Below, one piece after another: positions 21,669 to 33,087 of a DNA stretch of 64,000 nucleotides. Within the stretch, counting starts at the first letter, position 1. Each line of letters opens with the position of its first letter. Origin of the DNA: Trypanosoma brucei (taxonomy: Eukaryota); contig CM000208.1 in assembly GCA_000002445.1 (NCBI GenBank), forward strand, positions 1,280,001 through 1,344,000, written 5' to 3'. Position numbers and translations under genes: made by a program. Below the pieces are notes generated by a model that saw only the letters and a list, made by a program, of their open reading frames with translations, was not told the DNA's origin and searched no databases.

Positions 21669-24258
21669 CCTTCTGCACGCTAACATCCGCAGAACTGCTT
21701 ACTGCAGAATTTGGGCAGGTGTCACCACAGAATGTAACTACAGAGGTACGGGCGAGTGAGGGCCCTGGAGAGGAATGGTGATGCGCCCCACAAACTGCGC
21801 TATGTTTATTGTTACCATTATTATTTTCATTACCCCCACTACAGTTATCACTATTAATTCCCCTCCCGTTTTTTCCCTTCCTGCTCGTTGTCACCGCCTC
21901 CCCCAAACTCTCTGTTCGCACCTCACCTTTTTCTTTCCTTTCGTCTCTGCGTTTATCCGTCTACATTTTTGTTTCTTGATTCGCCTTTGACGTTGACTCT
22001 GAATTTTTTTGTATTTGGTTGCTTCTTTCCGAGTGTTTGATCGAAAATATCTTGCACATATAAATAAATAAATATTTATGTTTATTTGTTCGTTTGCCCA
22101 TGCGTGTGCTGAGGTGTGGTCGCTTCCCCTCCTTTTATTATTACCATTATCATTATGTTGTCATTGGTATTACTACTCTCCTGTTGGTGTCACTACGTTT
22201 TTTCTCAGTTTTTGCATTTTGAGAAAAATAGCGTTTTGATTCGTTGGAGCGGGGTGGTGGCGCGAACAAACAAACAAAAAAGAAACACAGAAAAAAGTAA
22301 GCACCAGCATTAACTCAGAATGAGAGAGTAATACACCTGCAGAATGCACGCACAAAACACAGGAAATGATACAAATCCAGTGAAATGAATGCGCAAAAAG
22401 ACTGAGAGAATCGAATATGTCTGAGCAGATAGTGAATATGCCACGTGCTCACGGAATTACATAGTCAAACGCACGCATTACTGAAAAGAAGAAAACCGCC
22501 CTACACTTTTCTTTTGTTCCCCACCCCCGCATTTATTTAACCGCACTCAAGCAATCATAAGTGGACATAAAGGTAAAAGAGTTGAGTATATGTATAAATA
22601 AATTCGTATATTTATAATTATGTAGGATAACTTATGTAAAAATGCAGACGGAGCTAACTAAGAGAGCGGGAGAAGAGAAGGAGAATGAACGGGGTGGCAC
22701 CTGAACGTTTTTTTTTTTCGTACATCGGCATATATATATATATATATATTTATTTATAAATATATACAAAACCGTTTCTGACGAAAGAGAAGAAAGCGAA
22801 GGAGGAAGGAAAAAAAGAGGGAAAGGAATTTATATACTTGTATATGTTTACTCGCGTGCACTTGCTGACTATGAGTAGATGGTTTAACCGCGTAGAAGGC
22901 TTCACCACACTTTTTAGGTCTTCTTCGTTTTCCCTCCCTTCCGTTCCTGTCGCTATATGTGTTCGCAATTCCCTTCATATTTTAATTATCTTCATCCTCA
23001 TTGTTGCCGTTGCCATTGTTGTGTCTTACTTCATTACATATATATATATATATGTACATGCACACTAACACACGTATTTGTTTTCTCTCTCTCTCCCTCT
23101 TCCTCTTAGTTTCTTTTTTCCTCTTCCCTATCCTTTGCTTAGCCGCTGCTTCTCTTATTGTTGCAACTGGCTGTAGAGTAGATGAGAGGAGTTAGGATCA
23201 TATCGACACCTGTGTGTCCGCATACGTGTGAACGAAATGTCTTTCTTAATACCAAACATACCTAAGACACGGAATATAATAGCATCACTTTTTTTTTTTT
23301 TAAAAAGGAAATAGTGTCAGTAGTGTCAACCATATTTGTGTGGCTTTACAACTACGCCTTCCCATGCGGGATGAGCTGCAAGAGAAGATTGTAAATAACG
23401 ATAATTAGAAGGAACGTACCAAAGATGATAAAGACAAAAAAACTTTTTTTTTCCCGTCTCTTCCTTTGAATGTGGGTTACCACCAGCCCTCAGAGGAGAT
23501 GAGGGATGTAGCGACTAAATGACCGAAAAAAAAGATGCACAGACATAAAAGTATGAAGGGGTATAACCAGTCAAACTTTGAGGGGAAAGGGGATAATTGC
23601 GGTCAAGGCGCCACTCTCGCGATAAATAATTAAATATAAATATCTGGTTTGATACACCTCTCGCTTCCTTCAAAAAGACATTTTTTTTTGCTTTTTGTTT
23701 TTTGTCAGCGTTTTGACTATTGTCATTGATTCTCTTATCGATAATTTGGCCTCATTTATATATCTCCGCTTTTTCACTTGCTTGAAAATTTTTTGTTTGA
23801 TTGTTTTTAGGTGAAGGGAAGTCAGAGTTTCTCTGGAAGCCGCAGCAGCAAAGAGGTATTGCCACCTATTTGTGGATTACTAAGAGTGCGCGCTTGCGTG
23901 GTGAACAGGGGGAACTGTCTTTTTTTCCCTTTTTCCTCCTTTGAGGGAAGAAAATAAAAAAAAAAGAAAAAGTAAAGACAAAAATAACCGGAAGACACAC
24001 CCGCCCACGCACACACACACACACAAAAAAAAACGAGGAAAGCAAAGAAAAGAGAAGAGTAAAGGGGGAAAAATAGCATCAAAAACAAAAGGACCAAGTG
24101 AAGGAAGGAACGTTGAACGATTTGCTTTGAGGTGAAGTGAGTGGCATTTTCTGCACATTCATATCACTAACTGACTCACTCATACATCTAAAACGAAGGA
24201 AAGAAAGAAAGGGAGGGAGTTTCAGGAAATTGTGTCGTGGTGAAAAGACGGAGAGGAA

Positions 24259-24284
24259 TATATATATATATATATATATATATA
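24259..24284. repeat. (TA)n microsatellite
   Basis: Direct read. Confidence 0.95.
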
Positions 24285-24571
24285 AGGGTGTGGGAGCAGT
24301 TGCCGCTACTTGTGCTGTTCTCTAGTGTTTAATCGCATAGTAACGGCGCGGGAAACTTGCCCACCCCCTCTGCTGTCTCAGGTGGTTCAACTGTATTGAC
24401 TGAAGCTGGTGCTAATTCAGACCCCGGAGAAGCGAGCAGGTCGAGGGGAAGTGGAATATATTTAAGTATATTTATACCACAGGAAGATACGGGCAGAGGA
24501 AACGGCAGGGGTAAAAATTGTGGCAAAAAAACAGAGGAAAATAAAGGAATAAGAAGGGGAAGGAAAACATC

Positions 24572-26539
24572 ATGTCTGGCACTAATCACCTCCGTCAGGT
24601 GGTTCCCGCAGCCGTTTACAACCCAATACCTCCTGCACCACCGTTCATGGTGTTTTGCGACCCGTACGCGAAGGTCGCCAACGCTACTGCAAAGTACAGG
24701 AATCAACCGCCAGTCGCACCGAACGCTGCCGCTGTTTTTCAGCAGCAACTCTACAGTTTACCTTTTCATGGTGTTGCTGGGGTTCCCGCCCCTATGCGTG
24801 AAGAAGAGGACGCTGATGGGTCTTTTGAGGTTCACGACAGCTGCCTCAAGGCACCTATTACTGTAGGGCGTCGAGTTGTAATCCCCACTACCGGAAGCCG
24901 TGGCCTTTTCAACTGTGCGCAGCTTCCAAGTAATGGAAACAGTGGTGGTAACTGCAATAACAACTCCAATAGTAACGGGAATGGTGGGAAAAGTTTCGCG
25001 CGAATTTGTGACGCCCATCCCGAGGGAAGGTGTATTTCAGGTGAACAGTGCCCTGACATTCATGTGCAGGCCGAGTACCTAACTGCTCAGCGACAGGAGA
25101 TGATATTCTGGCTTGAAAGTAAGGAACGTGAGTTCCAGAACACACTGCGTGCGGATCCGACCAAGATGTTCCGTGTGTTCTGTGCGGACCTTAAAGAGGC
25201 CGTGGAAGTCCCGATTAGCGCGTTGCAATTCACTAAAGGTCTATACGTGGATCCGTCGGTTCGGGCTCGCCGGGCGCGTGCGGGTCATCAGAACCAGTTC
25301 GCGATGTTAGCCTCGCAGTTACCAACTGCCTGCGGATTGTTTCTTAGCAACCCTTCGCAGTGCAGGTGGGCCCGTTGGTGTAACCAAATTCATGTCGACT
25401 TCACGTGGATGCAGACGAAGAAGAAAGAGTTTGAGTCGTGGTTCAACGAACTGGAGGGACGCTTCAATGCACTTCCCGATGACTACGAGTTTCATGTGCA
25501 CGACCCACAGCTTAAAATGGGTTTAAGAATTCCGAAAGCAAGCATTGCTGTCTTTTCTCGTGGTCTCTTTCAGGGATCGCCGAAGAAGGCGCCGAGTGTC
25601 TGCATGCTCTTTCAACGGGACCGGTGCACAGCAAATGTGTGCTGCAATCAAATTCATGTGATACCGCGGTACTTAGCTTTGCATCGACTTTTGATACAAA
25701 AAGGGGACAGCATTACTGAAGAGGAGCGCGGGAACATTATGAATCAAATGAAGGAGATACTGGAGTCGCAGAAGCGGAGCATGCAGGTTGCGGACGATGG
25801 TGACGCCAACTTTCTCGCAAGGGAGCTAAATCCTCAGGCCGTACCGTACGTCCCACCGCAGCCAACAAGTGTGTGGCGCACGGGGGGCTCTGCGGGTAGC
25901 AGCAGTCCACCACGGACAGCAGCGGCTCCCATTCCTGTTCCCGAGCCCCTTCCAACATTCCGCCAACCACCGCAGTGGAACGAACACTCACCTTCAGCTG
26001 CTGTGGATGGCTCTCCGTACGCTTCCCCTCACCGACGCGTTGAAAGGTGTGGTAGCAGCGGCACGCGGGACTTGCACACCTGTTCCAATCCACTGGAAGA
26101 TTTGATTGAGTTCGTGGATGGGGACAAGTCGCGTACGTCTCTTCTCGCAAGTCAGAGTACAACGAGTCAGGCTAGTCGCAGTTGCAAGCACACCAATAAC
26201 CCTTATGCGTTTGGTGCGAGCTATAAATGTACCGCATCACCCACTTTTGGATGGGTCCAACCTGTTTACAGTGCAGCAAATAGCGGCTCGACACATCCAG
26301 CGAACCGCTCGTGGGGAAGTGGCAGCGTTACAGGCGGGTGTCAACCCATTCGAGTGCGTGTAGGAGGTGGTGGAATTATGGAACATGAACCGTTGGAGCC
26401 CTTTTCTTTGGATCAACACGATATGGGTGCCAGTCCCTTTGAATGTCGCTCACCAGCGCACCGGACGTTGGGATCAAGAACTATAGAAGACCGCCTCAGT
26501 TCTTCGCCAACGTGGAGTGCCACGCAGAAACAGAGATGA
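24572..26539 (+). CDS. CCCH-type zinc-finger protein with three C-x7-9-C-x4-5-C-x3-H fingers. It is a putative RNA-binding regulator with a Gln/Asn/Ser/Pro-rich C-terminal half.
   Basis: The three fingers are CDAHPEGRCISGEQCPDIH, CGLFLSNPSQCRWARWCNQIH and CMLFQRDRCTANVCCNQIH. The last two share a CNQIHV core. The rest of the protein is low-complexity, as is common in kinetoplastid ZC3H proteins. Confidence 0.75.
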   Translation: MSGTNHLRQVVPAAVYNPIPPAPPFMVFCDPYAKVANATAKYRNQPPVAPNAAAVFQQQLYSLPFHGVAGVPAPMREEEDADGSFEVHDSCLKAPITVGRRVVIPTTGSRGLFNCAQLPSNGNSGGNCNNNSNSNGNGGKSFARICDAHPEGRCISGEQCPDIHVQAEYLTAQRQEMIFWLESKEREFQNTLRADPTKMFRVFCADLKEAVEVPISALQFTKGLYVDPSVRARRARAGHQNQFAMLASQLPTACGLFLSNPSQCRWARWCNQIHVDFTWMQTKKKEFESWFNELEGRFNALPDDYEFHVHDPQLKMGLRIPKASIAVFSRGLFQGSPKKAPSVCMLFQRDRCTANVCCNQIHVIPRYLALHRLLIQKGDSITEEERGNIMNQMKEILESQKRSMQVADDGDANFLARELNPQAVPYVPPQPTSVWRTGGSAGSSSPPRTAAAPIPVPEPLPTFRQPPQWNEHSPSAAVDGSPYASPHRRVERCGSSGTRDLHTCSNPLEDLIEFVDGDKSRTSLLASQSTTSQASRSCKHTNNPYAFGASYKCTASPTFGWVQPVYSAANSGSTHPANRSWGSGSVTGGCQPIRVRVGGGGIMEHEPLEPFSLDQHDMGASPFECRSPAHRTLGSRTIEDRLSSSPTWSATQKQR

Positions 26540-26699
26540 TTGTGCCTCGTTACCATGGTGATTTGCTCAGGTGTTTTCTACTTGTACCTCCTTTGAGCTT
26601 TTCCCTGATCCCGCCTTTAAAAATTTTTTTTTCTAAAAATCTTTTCGTTCGTGCATTTTTATCCATTCTTGGTGTTTTTTCTTTTTAAATATCCGTTTC

Positions 26700-29600
26700 T
26701 ATTTTGCATCAGGTGCTTCAATTTTGCTTTATTTTTGCTGTTTGCAACTGCAGGAGTGCTGTAAGGGAGGGGGAAAGAAAAAGAAAAGTAGCATAATATC
26801 TTACTTTAGGAATATAACAGATGGAGGAGAGTTGTTTTTTTTTTCCCCCTCCTCCTCCTGCCTTTTCCCGTTTTTTGTCTTTTTTTTGTCTATTTTTAAC
26901 GAACCAAGTCAGGAAGGAAAACAAAGATAAAGTGATAAATGATTATACTATATTCCTATTTATATATATGTGTGCATATATATATAAATAAGCAAAATTT
27001 CGGGCGATTGTAAGCAAAATATATGAAATTTAATACTTGTAGCTAAACCATTACACAAATAATATAATTTCAAACGACTAAACTGCGAGTAATAATGAAC
27101 CAGACTAATTAAAAGGATATATATTTATTTATATTTATTTATATTGATTTCGTGGGGGAGAAGGGGGCGGGAGGGGGAAAATATAGATAAATATTTAATA
27201 AATTTTTTTTGTTTTAGAGAAGGAAACAATTTCTTTCAACGAAAAGAGGGAGGGGCAAAGGTGGGGTGAAAAAATAAAATTAGTTCATAGGTACAAGCAA
27301 CTAAATAAATTGCAGACCCGAGGTAAAGACAAATAATTTATAGAATACCACAACAACGACCAAATCGTGGTAAAGGTCTAAAGACGGTGAATAAAGGAGA
27401 AAAAGAAAAAGAAAAAGAAAATTGAGAGGGAAAAAAAACAGATGGTGAGGGGAGACAAATAAAACTTTCCTGCCGAGCTAGCTGAAAGGAAGGAAAGGAA
27501 ATGGATAAATTAATAAATAAATAAACGAAAACAATGACAAGAATGAGGGAGACAAAAATAGCGAAAAAAATAATAATAATACAAACTTAATAAGTAAGTA
27601 ACGGCAGAAACACCGCGGAAAAAAAAAAAGAGGAAAAAGGGTCGTTTCAAGGCGTTAAAGGGAAATAAAAGGGGGAAAAAAAACAAAGGAACCCACAAAA
27701 AAAAACAAATATAAGGTAAATGTTCAGATTTGTGTTTATTATGAATAAGTATGCGTTCGTGTGTGTCTGCAATGTAACAACACCAAAGGAAAAAAAAAGT
27801 GCGGGGGAGGTGGAGGAGAGGCGACAAAGAAAGAAAGCAAAAGCGAAAGAAAAAAAGAAAAAAAAGGGGAAAAGAAAGAAAGGGAGAAAGTGAAAACGAA
27901 AAAAAAAGGGAAAAGAAGTACGTGTTTTTCTGCTCGGAGATGATGATATGAAAATGATATGATATAATTTTATATGAAATCTTGACGAGTGGTGTAACTT
28001 AAATGGAAAGGGAAAATGGAAAAGAGAAAAAAAGAGGTCCATTGCATATGTGATGTGTGGCAGGGATGAAGGAAGTTAACTTTTGTTTCCCTTTTCCCAT
28101 CTTTTTTTTTTTACGTTATATCATTTCATATATTCTTAACTTTATGATTTTTGTTAATATTATCATTATCATTACTATCATCATTACCGTGGTTATTAGT
28201 TGATAATTCTCTCTTTCTCTTTCTCTTCTTGCTGCCCTCCTGCTTTTTTTTTCCTCTTTGTTTTTTATTCTTGTTTTGGATTGTTTTCCCCAATGTGTAC
28301 GGGACAGTTTCCTCCAAGTTTGAAAGGAAATGAAATAAATCATAATGATAAAAACAGAAGTAACGAGCGAGAAGAAAAAGGATGATGAAATGAAAAATGA
28401 AAATCACTGATTTGTGCATAAATAATTGATTATACTTTAAGAAAAAAAAAGTATTTGTACAGGCACCAATATATAACACTTATGTTTATAATACATATAT
28501 TTATATGAGACGTGCAGGCTCCTTGATATATGTGTGTGTGTTGACCCACACGTGTGCTAGCATGTTTTTTTTTGGTATTAGTTTCGCATTCGTTTTTTTT
28601 TCTTTCTCTTATAGGCTCCCTTCTGTTTTCGTTTTTGTTTTATTTCGAAACAATTTCTCCCCCCTCATTCCTTCCCATTTTCTAATCCTCTTTGTCAAGC
28701 TTACAACTCATCCTTCCACCTTGTGTGATTATTGTTATAAAAATTATTATTGTTACCGCGTTTACTATCCTTATTATTGATATTGTATTAATACATACCG
28801 TGTTTCCTTCTTTTTTTCTTTTTTTTCTTTTAATTCCGGTGCATGAAGGCCTGCAAACTTTTTTTTGTGGTGATTGTGATGTGACCATCCCTTTGTGCGT
28901 GTGTGTTTTCTTTCATTTGTTTGCAAGGCAGTATTATTATTATTATTATTATTATTTCTCTCTTTTCCTTCAGCTTCTTGTTTGCTGGCTTGGGAATCTC
29001 GCGTAGTTTCTGCTATTTATCATTTTATTTGCTTTGCTGTAGTTTCTTTCTTTCTTTTTTTATCTTTTTTTATCTTTCTTTTTTTTTTTTTAAAAAAGAA
29101 CCTTTTGTTTATTTTGTTGTTGTATTCCGTGGAGGGGGAAGGAGGAACAGAATTGAGTGGTGGAGGAAAAGAAAATGGAAAGAAGAAGGAAAAAAAAAAC
29201 AAAGTGGCGTACGTTCGTATCTGTGCGTTTGTATGTTCGGCCGTTTTCTTTTTCTTTTGTTTTTTTTTGCTCTTTTTTTGTCTTCTTTTTAAAAATTTTT
29301 TTTTGTTTTACCTTTGCATTCTCTGTATTGCTGTTTTGTTTTCCTTTTTCGTTTTTGCTGTTGTCCATTACTCTTTGGTTCCGGTGTTGTGAGCACTGAG
29401 GCGCATGCGGAGATCAAGAAAATATCATGTATACATATATATTAATATATACGTATATTTGAATGTACAGCTATACACACAGGTATGCGTATGTATAATA
29501 CAAACCTGTTTCGGGAAACATATCAGACAAGAAGGTTACATGTATGAATATAAATATAATATATAATATATAAAAATAAATAAATAAATATATACATTGA

Positions 29601-32600
29601 AAGTTTGTACATTTTGCATGCATAAATATGAATCTGCATATGTGAATGAATGCGTGTCTATGTGCGTTTGTGTGTGCACGATTATGTACAAAAATGTATA
29701 GGAAAAATAAAGGGAATGTAAGTGTGTATTGGCATTGCATCATGCCGTCATCATCTTCTCTCATTCCTTATTTCTCTTTTATTTGTGATTTGTGATTTTG
29801 ATTCATTTCTTCTTTGTTTTTTTTTTATTGGTTTGGTTTGCTATCAGTTGTCCGGTTTCGCTTCGTTTACACGCCACCTGAGAACTTCCCCATCTCTCCC
29901 TCCACGACACAAGATAAAAAAAAATAATTATTTGTATGTATGTGTTTCTTTTCTTTTCTTTTCTTTTTCCCCCTCCTTCTTGTTTTATGCGTCGTTCTGC
30001 TTGTCAGGAGTTAGTTTTTTATTTTTATTTTTGTTTTTGTTTTTGTATGACTGTGCTTGTGCTTGTGCTTATGTGTGAAGGAAAATAAAAAAAAGAAGGA
30101 TGAAAATACAAAGAGATGGAGACGGTGATTTGTATGCTTGGAAAGGTATGAAGGGAACAAAAGAGGGAATGTTGAACACACAAAACAAACATAAACACAA
30201 AGGAAAAAAAACGAAATTCTTCAATATTTGTTGTTTATTTAATTGCTTTTTTGTATGTATGTTTGTATGTTTGTTTGTGTGTGTCTTTACCTTTATTATT
30301 ATCTATTTTTTTTTTTTGGTTTTCTCTTTCTCTTCTGTCAACTTTCCTCTCCTGTTGTTTACCGTATTTGTTTGCTTCGGTATTTGTGAGTGCTTGTATA
30401 TGTTTGTGTAGAGGTGATGATGATGATGGTGATGAAAGCAGTTTGGTGTCATTATTGCGTTATAACAATAATAATAATAACAATAATAAGAGCTACAAGT
30501 AAGAAGGAATAGAAGAGAAAGAGAGAAAATGAAATGCTTGTGCTTGTGCTTGTGGTTGTGTTTTTTTTTGCTTTTTGTTTTTTGTTTTTAAATATTATCT
30601 CACGTACACATGAACACTTTACACTTAACTCTGCAAGCAATGGGTGAGATGATGCAAAAGGAAGAAAAAGGATACTAAATTAAGTAAATAAATGCAAATG
30701 AAGGGGAGGGGAGGGGAGGAGGAGGAGTGGGAGGGGAAGGAAAAGGAGAAAAAAAAAAAGAATAATATATACTTGACAACAGTAGCAGCAGCAACATTAG
30801 TTTAGTTAGCGATTCTTTTAACCGTGCTGCGCCCGCACGTTGGTGGCACTCCTTCATTTTTTTTTTTCGCCTTCGGGTCTCTTTCACGCACTGATGTTGC
30901 CACATTTGGTCCGTGTGTCTTTTTGTTTTTTTTTCTTTTTACTTTCAAAGGCGTTTTATCATCGGCTATGACAAAAGTCGGTGTGTTATTTCCTACGACT
31001 GTTTGTGTGACTCCGAACTGTTACTTTCTTCCCATTTCTGATTCCCCTCGCCTTTTACAGTGAGACTTTTTGAAAAAAAATAAACAAAAAACAACAATAT
31101 GTATAATATATTACATGAAAAGTTGATAAAATAAATAAATAAATATATTCATATAACACTTCTCCATATTTTCAAATATTTCCCCTTCCTCTTTTTCTTT
31201 TTATCGTTTCGCGTTTGCTGTATATCTCTTAAGTTTTGAAGAGAATTGGAAGAATGATGATTTTTTTTTTTTAAATATATATATATTTAACGTTGTTGTT
31301 GTTGTTTACATTTTTTTTTCTTTTTTGAAGGGGAGGGGGAAGGGCGTTGCTGCTGCTGCTGCTGTTATTGTCACTTTTGTTGTTATTGTTATTGCCGTCA
31401 CCGGCTCCCTCTTATGACTTGTGGTAATTGAAGGGAAGCTTAACATAAACAACGAAAAAAAAAAGTGAAGCAAAAAACGAAAAAAAAAAGAAAATAAAAC
31501 AAGAAAAAAGAGGGAGAAAAAATGTTTGTTGCGGGTTCTCACCACATTTTTCATTTTATTTTGTTTTTTTTTTAAAAAGAAAAAAATCACTTGATTTCAC
31601 GATACTTCCAGTTTGTTTACTTTTTTTTCTTTTTTTCTCTGTTATTTGATTCCATCACCCCAGAAGGTCCAGGGAATGGGGCAGGGGAAGGGAGGAGAGG
31701 GGTAAGAGTTCTTCTTGAAGGAGGAAACTATGAGAATTTAATTTATTACATTTGTGCGGTTCCTGTTTTTTCTTTTTTTTTCTTTTTTTTTCTTTTCAGG
31801 GAAGGGAGGGGAGGGGAGGGGAAGGAGAATGTTACCGCCACCCAGATATGAAGTAAGGATGCGAGGAAGAGGGAAACATGGCGATGGTGATGATGATGAT
31901 GATTTTTTTTTTTTTAAATCGTGACTTTTATGATAATAATGATAATGGTGGCAGCGTTGGTGCCGTTATGACGAAACGTGACTCGAGCGATATGAAAATA
32001 GCGGTACACAAATGCCGAAGGAGCCAAATGTTTGGTGTGTGTGTTCATATATATTTTGTACGTACGTGTGATCGTGTTCTCTCTTCCTCCATTTTTTCTT
32101 TTAACTTTTTTTCTTTTAGTTTTTTTTGTTTCCAATTTACGCGTATATGTGAGGGGCAAGCACATGTATATATGTACTTGGTAAAGTAAGTGGAGCGTGT
32201 GAAATTGCTTGAATAACGAGAAATTTTGTGTGGCAAAAAAAAAAATAAACAAAATAAAACGAAGTAACAATGGGAAAGTGACAAACTGTACTAACAAGTA
32301 CCTCCAGATTTGTAGTGCGATCCCATTATTGTTCCATTTCTTTCCCCCTTTTTGCTTTTAAATTATTTTTATGTAATGTATATATGCCTGTGTGCTTGTA
32401 CTTTTGTTTGCTTTACTGTTACAGTACTGTGTGAGCAGCTGAAGATTGTGTGAATGAGAGTGTGCATATTTGTGGTGAAGAGGGAAGCAAAGAGACTGTT
32501 ATATTTGTACAAAGTGGGCTGGTCTCCTGCTCTTCCACCTTTTTCTTTTTCTTCATCCGCTCTCTTTTTTTTTTCTTCTCTACTTGAGTTACTGCTCCAC

Positions 32601-33000
32601 CTCTTTTTTTTTTTGAAAAAATTATTCGGGGAAATAATTCACCTTAAGAAATGCTGAAGAGCAACGAACGATAGCAATGAGGATGAGTCCTTTTATATCT
32701 ACTTTTCTTTCTTTTTTTTTCACTTTATATATTCAAAGAGAAGTGTTCACGTGAACTGAACGCTATACTTTTTATGATTGTTTGTTGTCATTCATCCAGT
32801 AGTGAGTGACTTCAAACAACTCGTTTGAATGCCACTTGCCCAAAGACTTTCTACTCTATTTTCAATGCATCAGCGGGGTCACCAGTCAATTCCTGCTTCA
32901 TTAGCTTCCGTTAATTTCTCCACCATTTCTTTCTTTTCTCTTTTCTCTTTTCTTTTTTTTTCTTTTTCCCCCTTCTCTACCGACAATATTTTTAGTTAGA
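26700..33000. repeat. 6.3-kb gene-free low-complexity block with alternating purine-rich and pyrimidine-rich strand segments, homopolymers, G-tracts and tri/tetranucleotide repeats
   Basis: No ORF here has a non-degenerate composition. The + strand is A/G-rich over about 27100-28100 and T/C-rich over about 28100-29400 and about 32500-33000. Motifs include gggaggggaggggagg, (TA)n and (AAT)n. Confidence 0.8.
32905..32998 (+). promoter_or_regulatory. Strong polypyrimidine tract plus AG, a candidate trans-splice acceptor region for the 33088 CDS
   Basis: ctccaccatttctttcttttctcttttctcttttctttttttttctttttcccccttctctacc ... tttttag. Confidence 0.55.
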
Positions 33001-33087
33001 GAAGTATCGGGTTTCACCTTTACCTCCATTCCACACGCCTGGGTGTTTAAAGAGATATAAAAAGAAGAAGAGGGAGTGTAAATAATT

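Noticed and set aside
24357-24866. 169-aa + strand ORF overlapping the start of the CCCH gene in another frame
   Set aside because: It has no motifs. Its composition is driven by the overlapping real CDS and the upstream polypurine region. The CCCH ORF carries the zinc-finger features.
28895-29392. 165-aa and other 100-130-aa ORFs inside the 27-32 kb block (for example 27647..28042 on the minus strand, and 28903..29292)
   Set aside because: Their translations are homopolymeric Phe/Leu/Lys/Glu strings caused by T-rich or A/G-rich low-complexity DNA. They overlap each other in several frames.
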